Part shown: positions 36,557 to 47,470 of the stretch, piece by piece
Position numbering within the stretch: position 1 is the stretch's first letter
How the letters are laid out: each line of letters opens with the position of its first letter
NCBI RefSeq assembly: GCF_902459465.1
Contig: NC_047070.1
Coordinates: forward strand, 4,030,001 to 4,094,000
DNA: 64,000 nt
Source of the DNA: Asterias rubens
Taxonomy: Eukaryota
Direction: 5' to 3'
Made by a program: the position numbers and the translations under genes
Notes under the pieces: generated by a model
Databases searched by the model: none
Seen by the model: only the letters and a program-made list of their open reading frames with translations
What the model was told of the DNA's origin: nothing

Positions 36557-36738
36557 CTAATAAGCCTTTTCGGAGTTACAGCTGCGCATGTCTGTTACTG
36601 CTGATAACGCAATTTGTTACTCTCTAGTGACCTTTTGACAATACCCGCTGGTATTGTCAAACGGTCAAGGGGAGAGCAACAAATTGCGTTGTCAGCAGTA
36701 ACAGACATGCGCAGCTGGAACTCCGAATAGGCTTATAG
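36557..36738. repeat. About 180-bp near-perfect palindrome
   Basis: TAAGCCTTTTCGGAGTT..CAGCTGCGCATGTCTGTTACTGCTGA ... TCAGCAGTAACAGACATGCGCAGCTG..AACTCCGAATAGGCTTA. Confidence 0.85.
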
Positions 36739-36786
36739 CTAAATTGTTATTGGCCCCGTTTGAAACCAATGAGCACTTAGCTCCCA

Positions 36787-37268
36787 CTTGGGCTCATGCA
36801 CAGCTTCTCAAGCTTTTGGCTCTGACTTGGGCTCAGGTTCTAACTTGGGCTCAGGCTTGGGCTCAGGTTCTGACTTGGGCTCAGGTTCTGACTTGGGCTC
36901 AGGTTCTGACTTGGGCTCAGGTTCTGACTTGGGCTCAGGTTCTGACTTGGGCTCAGGCTCTGACTTGGGCTTAGGTTCAGGCTTGAGGCTCCGACTTGGG
37001 TTTAGACTTGGCTTTGGGCTCAGGCTCTGACTTTGGCTCAGGGTCTTACTTGGGCTCAGGCTCTCACTTGGGTTCAGGGTCTTACTTTGGCTCAGGGTCT
37101 TACTTGGGCTTAGGCTCTCACTTGGGTTCAGGGTCTTACTTTGGCTCAGGGTCTTACTTGGGCTTAGGCTCTCACTTGGGTTCAGGGTCTGACTTGGGCT
37201 CAGGCTCAGCTTTGGGTTCAGGCTTGGACTTTCAGTTCAGGCGCGACTGAGACTCGCTTTTGGGCTCG
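36787..37268. repeat. 18-bp minisatellite CTTGGGCTCAGGTTCTGA, about 25 degenerate copies
   Basis: Direct reading; translates as GSGSDL repeats on + and SEPEPK repeats on -. Confidence 0.9.
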
Positions 37269-40200
37269 TAAAACTTTAAAAACATGTGCATTGGGTTCAG
37301 ATAGCCAGACTAAGTCGCTCCAAGCCGGAGACAATGTAGAAACTGGTTTTTGAAAATGTCCAAAACTTTTTTTTGCGACAACTTTTTATATTTTACAAAT
37401 TCAGATCAATGTAACCAAACTGATTGAGGCTAGAAGGAAAAGTCAGTCAGACCCCTCCTTAAGGTACTGCAGCCGATTTCACGAAACGCTAGGATGAATC
37501 CTAACTCGAGTTAGGATGAGTAACCCGTCCTAACTTAGGATGGGTTCAATGCGTCCTACGTATTTGAATACGGAACTTTACTAGTCCTAAGTCCTAAGAT
37601 TAATCCTAAGTTAGGAAGAGTTTGGTGAAATCGACGGCTAGACACGTTTGGTACAAATCAAAGACCAGTATTCTCACTTGGTGTAAGCCAATTGTTTATG
37701 CATACCTGTGAATATTTTGGCTCAATATTAGTCATCGAAGTTGCAAGAGAATAATGCAAAAAAAAAATCCCTTGTATGTTTTCAGATGTATAATAGGCTT
37801 CAGGCCTGAAGCCTTTTATTATTTGAGTGAGAAATTACCTCTCTCTCAAAAACTACATTATATCAGAGGGCGCCGTTTCTCACAAAGTGTTATACTACAA
37901 ACAGCTCTCCATTGCTTGTTACCAAGTAAGTTTTTATTTTGAATAATTACTGTGTCCAGTGCATTTAATAAAGACAGTATTCCTTATTGCTACTGCAGAT
38001 AGGGGACACAAACTGTGCACTTCAGGGAAATTGTACCATATTTTAATTTTAACAAGTTGTGGGAAAGTAATAAACATCTATGTCAAGATATTGATGAATT
38101 TAACTCATGAGTGTTGTTGTTACTGGTCTTTCATACACAATTTTGTGAAAAACTAAATATTTAAAATGTTTTGGGATTTTGTTTCTCCGTTCTTTTTTTG
38201 TCGGATGTGTCCACATTTTCTCTTCACTATCTAAGACTCGTGCTACCGTCGACTTAATCGTGTTGTTTAACCGCGGGATATGTTCCACCATACCTCTAGA
38301 GGGTTCAACTCAATACGGGTTACAGGGATACAGAACAGTTTCTGGCAGTGTAAGTACTTTATGTGACACCATATACATTGTACATAACATGACTACCTGG
38401 AGAAGTTTGAGATCGATGGGCCATCTGGGTCACGAGAAAATAGTGAAAAACAGATTACACATTTTTGTTAGACAGTGATTTCAAACAATGAATAAAACGC
38501 TCACTGAGCAATAACTCCAAACAGGAAATTAACTTTATTCACTTCTCATCAAGTATGACATTTCAGACAGAAATATTTCAAGAGATGTTTTCTACTATCA
38601 TCATCACTAGACCGTATAGACGATGTGACCTGTGACATCACATGTTTACAAAAGAGCCACAGAGCCTGGACTTCCTGCGGAGTGCAGGCACGATTTGTAC
38701 ACAGCCTAATAATGGAAAAAAAAAAAAAAATGTTAAATTTTATGGAGATTGCACTGTCTAATTCTTATCAAAACTTGTCCAACTTTTACTTTCAAAAATC
38801 TTGGATTTATGTGGAAATTATGACACAATTTACAAATTGAAATTTTTCCCATACCCTCCAAAGGTACAAGGTCACACTTATTGTAAACAAAGTTCACATG
38901 TCAATGCATGGTCTATAAGTTTGTGTTAATCTGTGATCTTATTCTTATAGGAGTTTTTTCCTTACCAATTATGACTTCTATGTTATGTGACTACAGCAGA
39001 ACTATGACTATTTTTGAATGTGAAGTACTGTCATCTGCTAAGATTTCGGTGATTGTCAAAGACCAATCTTCTCACAATTACTGTATCTCAACATATGCAT
39101 GAAATAACAAACCTGTGAAAATTTGAGCTCAATCGGTCATCGAAGTTACGAAAGCCAAAACACCCTTGTCACACGAAGTTGTTTGCTTTCTGCTTGATTC
39201 CGAGACGTCAAATTCTAAATCTGAGGTCTCGAAATCAAATTCGAGGAAAATTACTTATTTCTCGAAAACTGCATTACTTCAGAGGGAGCCGTTTCTCACA
39301 GTGTTTTCTACTATCAACCTCTCCCAATTACTCGTTACCAAGTAAGGTTTTATGCTAATAATTATTTTGAGTAATTACCAGTAGTGTCCACAGCCTATAT
39401 GCCTCAATTGGTATCCATCATTAATTTCGGAATAATCACCCCCAAATTAGCTAAACTAGAAGGTATGTTACCAACGTTTATTGAAAAATTACTCTCGAAG
39501 TTTTTTTGAAGTCTGGTCTAGACCATCTAGGAACATTTTCAAGATATATTTGCGGACGTTAGGGAAAATTGCAACCGACGATTCTTGGGACTACCCATCA
39601 GCTGGAGAAAGATTGCAAGTTCAAGAGTTAATAAATAATTTCCATTTAACCGAACCCCCCCCCCCGAGATTTCTGAATGTTTTGTGTATTTTTGAATAAT
39701 AGCACTTTGCACTGTATGCTATGGGAGTTTGTTTTCAGTATATGGTGCATTCAAACTCCATGTACAGCTACCGGCATAATCCATTTCTTAGTCGATATAA
39801 CCAAACAGTGCACTCATGTAGTGTCCGCCATACCACACAAAGCCATTGACTATAATCAGTCCTTACTCTATGCTATAATATTGTGTACTTGAGGCCACTC
39901 AACCGTGTTCGTGTTTTTTTTTTTGCTAAATTATTTATAGGTTCAAGGTTTCATAACTTTGTTTGTCCTTGTGGAGAGCTGGCAACACAGTCCGCCAACG
40001 CCGATTCGCAGCAAAGCGTGAAACGACAGCCGAGTGTCTATTGATCCGCACTACTTGATAGCCCCCGCCCCAAAAAATAACAAGCACACAACCAAACTTG
40101 CTTTATACTTGCTCAGCATGAATTGCTTTTCAATTCGTGTCACTCGGGTTGATTTAGGACAGTTTCATTGGTGGAGGAAGTTAATACAAATGACCTCACA

Positions 40201-41663
40201 GTATGTGTATTCAACGAAATCACGTTCTCACCATCCGGTTCGGGATCATTCACTCACCGGCTCGTGACTTGCAACCAGTTGAAGAAGGAAAAAACAAGAT
40301 TATTATAGCCTGCTGTGCGTAGTTAACACAATATCCAAAAGGTAGGTTTTTCTGTTAAAAAAGGGCAATGTTTACAGCCACTGATGGACACTATACTCAG
40401 AATAGCTGTTAGCTTACAAACTTGTTGGGAACGGGCAACGGAGTGCCGGTGATAGTAACTATCATGGAGGAATAAATCTTCCTCCATGATAGTATACAAC
40501 ATTGTGAGAAACGCTTACTCTGAATGTGACACGGTTGTTGAAAAAGAGGTAATTTCTCACTCCAATACTAAAACACTTCAGGCCCGAAGCCTTTTATAGG
40601 CATCTGAAAGCACACAATATTGTCCAACAGCCAAAGGTGTTTTGTTTATTTATTCTCTTGCAACTTCGATGACAAATTGAGTCAAATTTTCACAGATTTG
40701 TTAAAGACAGTGGGCACTATTGGTAATTGTCAAAGACCAGGCCTCTCATTTTGATGTATATCAACATGTATAAAATAACAAACCTGTAACAATTTGAGCT
40801 CGATTGCTAGTCGGAATTGTGAGATAATGAAAGAAAAAAACACCCATGTCACACGAAGTTGTGTGCTTCTTTAGATGGTTGATTTCGAAACCTCAAATTC
40901 TAAACTTGAGGTCTCGAAATCAAATTCGTAGAAAATTACTTCATACTCGAAACCTACGTCACTTCAGAGGAAGCTGTTTCTCACATTGTTTTATACTATG
41001 AACCTCTCCCCAGTACTCGTTACCAAGTGAGGTTTTATGCTGATGATTATTTTTACTAATTACCAATAGTGTCCACTGCCTTTAATGCATTATTGGGTTA
41101 CACCAAATGAGAATACTGGTCTTTGAAAATATAACCAAAGGTGTTGAGTGTTAACTCGATTGGTTTCAAGTTGTTAACAAAGATCATTTCAAAGTTTCAT
41201 AGGTAGATGCATGGATGTGAATGATTACAATTATCTCGACATTTTTTGTTTACACTTTCTTCCCGTTTTTATGGCAAAACAACTCTCTGAAACTCTCTAA
41301 AAATGTAGCTTTTCTAATTGGTTAGTTTTACCAATGAAAGGCCGATCTGCAAATTCGGACCGAACCTGTGCAGTGTGCGTCTTTAGGAGATAAGCGCATT
41401 TTTAGACGTGCACATTTTATGCTCATTTTCTCAAAAGAAAATATTATTAACATGGCTGCCTGTATTCATCGCTTCAAAATGATAACAACTTACAGTTTCT
41501 TTATATTTATTAACACCACATGAAACAATGTCACATGACTAAGCCTACCCCCGCTTCAGTCGGGTAATTTGTAGCACACGTAGTACACGTTTTTCATGAC
41601 TGCAAAATCTAATCTATATATAGGCCTAAACCTGTTTCTTTTTTCATATCATAGCCAACAAAG

Positions 41664-43650
41664 ATGAAGGTGCAAATAGCATGTATCCTTATTGTGGCGA
41701 TGCTGCTGATCATTCCTCCCACTGGTAAGAGAATGGCCTAGTCAGAACAATCAATAAACAATAAAGTGCTCGGTCAAAAATTTTAATTTACACGGGTGGT
41801 GTGATTATGATAGACACGAGTTTAGGCTAGTTTAATGACACAGGATAATATTGTACAGAAAGAAATTTCAGGGTACATTGGAGATGGCCTTGCTAAAGGG
41901 TAGGATAGAGGTGGTCATTCGTTGAGAGCGCCCTCCACTTCTTACTATAGTTCTTCCGAATTGTATTAGTTATTCAAAAAAGTACACGTCCATGACAGTC
42001 GCCCTTTTTCTGTCGTTTGTGGTATCGTATGCTATATGTTTGTTTGCCCCAAAAGGCGGCTACGTCACGATTTACTGCGTTTTTCTTGCACAAACGGACA
42101 CCTTACTCGCATTAGATAGATAGATATAACTGGTTCAATTCTTACAGATGGTTTCGGTTTGTGATATGTTACAGAGGTAAATGCCGGATTTGTACGAAGA
42201 CGTCGCACTTTTGTGGTCAAGAGGGAAGCAAAGCTCAATATGATAAACGGTATGAGTAAACCTTCAGGACACCCTTCTGAATCTGAATTATATTAGTCGA
42301 CAGAGAATCATAGAATGGAAGCATCACACCAACTTTTCTTAGAAGACAATAAAGAAAGACTCCACTTACTATAGTTCTTCCGAATTGTTATTTTGTACAA
42401 AGACTCCACTTACTATAGTTCTTCCGAATTGTATTAATAGTTATTCAAAAAAGTACACGTCCATGACAGTCGCCCTTTTGTTTTAAACGTGTGAAGAAAA
42501 CACCTATGGGGAAACCTACGCAGTCTCTATAAAGGGGACTGAAAAAACCCAATCTACATGCAAGGCTCCGGTCCAGGAATCGAACCGGGGTCCACAGAGG
42601 TTGAGGGCAGAAACACAGACCCCTGACCCAACCTGAGAAACAATACAACGGCACATTAAAAAACAACAACATTGATTTACAGTGTACTACAAGTGACCAA
42701 AACTCCCCGAGATTACCAAGTTTAAAACTATTGACTTATCTTAGAAACATACTCTCTAAATGCAAAAGAGTGAAAAGGCACTCTTTGAAGAGCCATAATG
42801 AGGGACAACTCTTTTTCCAGTGGTCTTCCAATCTTTTAAATTGAAGTGATTTATCACTCTGTCCTGGAGTGATACCCCTCTAAAATAGTGAAATAATCAC
42901 CACTTTGTTTTAAAGAGCAATTTATTTTGAGGGACAACCCGAAATGTAAAGAGTGGTGTTTTACACTCTTTCACATTTTTTTTAGGGAGTATAGTATAGT
43001 CCTAAATAATAGCTACATGCGTTTATTATTTAGAATGTGACTTTTGTGTCTTTATAAATTCAAAGACACTGGACACCTTTGGTAGTTGTCAAAGACCAGT
43101 CTTCCCACTTGGTGTATCACATGTACAAAATAACAAACCTGTGAAAATTTGAACTCAATTGGTCGTCGAAGTTGCGAGGTGGAAGAAAAACCACCCTTGT
43201 CATACAAAGTTGTGTGCTTTCAGATGCTTGATTTTGGGACCTCAACATCTAATTCTGAGGTATTGAAATCAAATTCGTGGAAAATTACTTCTTTCTAAAA
43301 AACTACGCAACTTCAGAGAGGGCCGTTTCTCACAATGTGTTATACTATCAACAGCTCTCCACTACTCGTTACCAAGTAAGTTTTTATGGCAACAATTATT
43401 TTGAGTATTATTACCAATAGTGTCCAGTGCCTTTACACCAGCATTACGTTGACGTAAACTAAGCGATGGCCCTATCCTTCGGGCCAAAGTATACAACAAA
43501 TACACATTAATTTGAGGAGCTTCAATATACCATGGATGAAAACAGCTTAATACTTTTCTTTCCTTCCTTTTTACAGATGAAGCTGATGCAGCTATCGATG
43601 TCAACAAGAAGTGGGTCGCAAATGACAAAGCGCCTATGGGCAGAAAGTAG
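41664..43650 (+). CDS. Small secreted peptide precursor, 69 aa, 3 coding exons, uncharacterised
   Basis: Exons 41664-41724, 42175-42249, 43577-43650 are all joined at phase 1 by GT-AG introns. Translation: MKVQIACILIVAMLLIIPPTEVNAGFVRRRRTFVVKREAKLNMINDEADAAIDVNKKWVANDKAPMGRK*. Kozak AAGATG follows an acceptor at 41654. The stop lies 3 nt before a donor (43654). A probable 3' UTR exon starts at 44476 with AATAAA at 44621. Confidence 0.72.
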
Positions 43651-45764
43651 CTGGTAAGTGATAGTTTAGTGCATTTTTGAAATACATCTCAGCACTAAAT
43701 TACATTAAAACTTTAGCATTGATATCATTCAACCGCCATCATAAAAGTAAACCAATGAAAACGGACAGATTTCTAAGCGAGCGCGGCAAACATAACAATT
43801 ATTGGCCCCAATGAACAAAACTTCATTTTGACATTCAAGCGAGGGCGCCCTACCTAAATGAGGTCAATAGATCAGCTTCCGATGGCAGTGACCCCTTAAA
43901 TCCCATCCAATAACACGAACTATGTTATGCCCCTTTAAAAACCACCATTGCTGTCGGCATGACCCCTGAGGAAAAAAAACCACCTGTGTTTCATCTTCTT
44001 AAAGTATGGATTATCTATCTATTCATCACCAACAATTTGCAGCAACTAAAGGCAGTGGACACTATTGGTAATTATTCAAAATGTTTATTAGCATAAAACG
44101 TTTCATGGTGACGAGTAATGGGGAGAGGTTGATGGTATAAAACATTGTGAGAAACGGCTCCCTCTGAAGTACCATAGTTTTCGAGAAAAAGTAATTTGAT
44201 TTTGAGAATTTGATTTTGAGACCTCAGATTTAGAACTTGAGGTCTCTAAATCAACCATCTAAACGCACATAACTTCGCGAAACAAGGGTGTGTTTTTTCT
44301 TTCATTGTTATCTCGCAAGTTTGATGACCGATTTGGCTCACAGGTTTGTTATTTTATGCATATGTTGAGATACACCAAATGTGAAGGCTAGTCTTTGACA
44401 TTTACGAATAGTGTCCACTGTCTTTAATGGAATATACAACTCAATTATTGATGCATTTTCCTTATTGCAATGCAGGTACGCTCAGCACAGACTTACTCTA
44501 TGATGATCGGTATCCCCTGGGATACATTCTTGTCATGTTAGTTGAGAGACGTATAAGATTGGAATGATCATCAGCAGAAAATACTAATTGGTATTCAACC
44601 TCGTAGATTAATAATTGATAAATAAATACTAATACATTTATGTTAAAGGCACTGGACACTATTGGTAATTACTCACAGTAATTGTTAGCAAAAACTTGAT
44701 AGTATAAAACATTGTGTATAAAACATGCAGTGTGAGAAACGGCTCCCTCTGAAGCACATTGTTTTTGAGAAAGAAGTAATCGCTCACTAAAATAATCGAA
44801 TTGAATATTGAGACCTCGGCTGAGGTTTTCGAATTCAAAGGTATCTGAAAGCACACAACTTGTGCTATAAAGGTTTCTTTTTCTTTTCATTATTCTCTCG
44901 CAACTTCGACCACCAACTGAGCCAAATTTGTTACGGGTTTGTTATTTTATGCATGTTGAGATACACCAAGTGAGAAGACTGGTCTTTGACAATTAACAAA
45001 GGTGTCCAGTGCAAAAGGAACATTACAGAATTGTTTTTTTTTTGTTTGCTAACGGAAAATTTGCTGACAGTGTAAGCACTTTATGCTATACATACACATA
45101 AATTGACAACCCTGTGGCAGTTTGAGACCGATAGGCCATCTGGGTTGCGAAAAAAAAGAGTGAAAAACCACCTATACATTTTGCATGACGTGGATTAAAA
45201 ACAAAAATGAATAAAACGGTCATTGAGCGATAAACTCCAAACGGAAAATTAGTTTCATTTATTTCAAATATATTATTTCAGACAGAAAATTTCAATGGCT
45301 GTTTTTTTTAATAATCATCATCATTAGACCGTGTAAGTTTTATGTCAATCTGTTGTCTTAGACGATTTGTTTTCTTACCAAATTCTGTAATGTTCCTTTA
45401 ATAACTGATAAATAAATATGAAATGTGTCAACATTTAAACCAATGCGTTGCGTGAAATCTAAACGTGATATTGTTTCAAGCTGATCTCTTTAGATTCCTG
45501 ATTGGAATAATATGTTTATTTTCAGTTGATAATAAAGATTTTGTACGAAGAAGTAAAAAATGGATCGTTTGATTTATTTGTAATATTGATGTCTGATTGT
45601 GCGGGCTCAATTCTGCACACAACACACACAAAAAAGAATTCGCGAAAACCTGTTATTAGTGTTAAAACGGTGGGGGTCCCGTATTAATTTTCCTTTTTTT
45701 ATTGCCACTTAGGAGCAATGAACATTGATTGCAGCAGGTGTCATAGCACTAGACACATTCGGTA

Positions 45765-45920
45765 ATAGGAGACTTTCCAACGCTAGGTGGCAGCAGACAT
45801 ACCGGGTAAATTTCCATTGTTTACGTAGTTCTGAACATGCGCATAATTCTGAGAACAATGGATTTACCCGGTAAGTCTGCTGCCCTCTATTGTCCCAGAA
45901 AGTCTCCCATTGCCAATGAC
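45765..45920. mobile_element. Hairpin MITE (inverted copy 53733-53880)
   Basis: AATAGGAGACTTTCC...GCAGCAGACATACCGGGTAAAT...ATTTACCCGGTAAGTCTGCTGCC...GAAAGTCTCCCATT, a self-complementary body. Confidence 0.7.
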
Positions 45921-47233
45921 CAGCAGTATTCTCCTTTGGGGGTATACCACCAACATAGTGCATAAAATAACAAGCCTGTGAAAATTTGAACTCACATTGG
46001 TCATCGGAAGTTGCAAGAGAATAATAAAAGAAAAACACCATTATTTAACCATTTTTCTTACTTTCAGATGCATAAAATAAGGCTTCGGCCTGAAGTCTTT
46101 TATTAATTGAGTGGGAAATTACCTCTTTCTCAAAAACTATACGTTTAATACTTCATAGGGAGCCGTTTCTCAAAATTTTGTATATACTCATCATCAGCTC
46201 TCCATTGCCGTTTACCAAGTAACTTTTTATGCTCACAATTATTCGGAGGTGAGTTGGTTGATGGTTTACTAAGTGTAGCTGGAGGTATGTTGGAGCTGAA
46301 CTTTTGACGTGCATCGCAGAAGTCGATATGTGGTAGGTTTGTTTTGGTCTGTCTAATTGTGGCTGGAACTATCGTGCTTATCATTGTGTGTCCTTTAAAT
46401 GCACCGGACACCTTAGGTAGGTGTCAAAGACCGGTCTTCTCACTTGGTGTCTCTCAACATATGCACAAAATAACAAACCTGTTTGTGAAAGTTTATTAAA
46501 ACTCAATTGGTCGTCGAAGTTGCGAGAGAGTGCTTTGTCTTTGGAGTTGAGTTGGTTTGATTTTAGCTACGTGCGCGTCATTGTGTTTTTGTAATGGATT
46601 GTGGATACAGTTGGCAATGTACGTGCGTCACAATACAAGTCGAGTGTTTTTTCGTCGGAGTTTCACAGTTTGGCTTGAGTATACAACGTTATTGTGTGTT
46701 CTTTAAAAATAGTGCTGTACCCTCACTACTAAGAAGTTTCCCTGCTTTAACATTGTTTGATATTTTTTCCCCAATGGTAGTGCCTTTTGAAAAACAAAAA
46801 TGGCCTTCCCCTATATGTCTGTTATTATTATTATTATAAGAAAAGATGCGGGAAAAGCTAATCAGCCTTGGAGACACAATTCCTTCATTGTCAAATTCTG
46901 TCTGTTCCCTGGTGTGCAAACTCTCACAACTCATTTTAGCTGTACAATAGGATTGTAAATTTCATGTATTTTTATATACTTGACGAATAAACCATTCAAT
47001 TCAATTCAATTCAATTCAATTCAACTCATCCCTTTCTGGAGATGATTTGCTTTCTTCCTTTGTCATGTTTTAGCAACCTCGGTAAACAACGTTCAATGTC
47101 TGTTATCCATCTCTTTTGGTTGCTGTCTCCAAGCTATACGGAATAACATACACTGTACTTCCATGAATAAAGACTTTGGCAAAACTGATTGGCCGTTGAA
47201 ATAATTTAATCTAAATTTACCCCCGACTGTGCC

Positions 47234-47240
47234 TATAAAA
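47234..47240 (+). promoter_or_regulatory. Candidate TATA box of the GPCR gene
   Basis: CCTATAAAAGCC about 235 nt upstream of the ATG; position and sequence fit a TATA box, no transcript evidence. Confidence 0.45.
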
Positions 47241-47470
47241 GCCGCAGAGAAATTTGAGTCTTTCACAGTTCTTGGGTGTATTTGTGTGTGCGTTTCGAAT
47301 AGCAACCAAACTATAATTTTTGTCAAACTTTTTAAGGTAGATCTAACACATTTTCAGTTGAAACTCTAAACCATCACTTATCGTCAAATTTGATTGCCGA
47401 TTTTTGTGGGTGTGTTGTGAGCATCATCTTTGACCGAGAGTTCAAAATTAAATAACTATCTGCGTTTAAG

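Noticed and set aside
41683-41690. GTATCCTT U12-donor-like motif in the signal-peptide exon
   Set aside because: It lies inside the hydrophobic coding core and no matching U12 branch site precedes the downstream acceptors; likely coincidence.
42149-42259. Alternative frame WFRFVICYRGKCRICTKTSHFCGQ resembling beta-hairpin antimicrobial peptides
   Set aside because: It needs a phase-2 entry but the signal-peptide exon donor is phase 1, and it would stop two introns early. The RRRR frame is phase-consistent across all three exons. Worth revisiting only if reads show an indel at about 42150.
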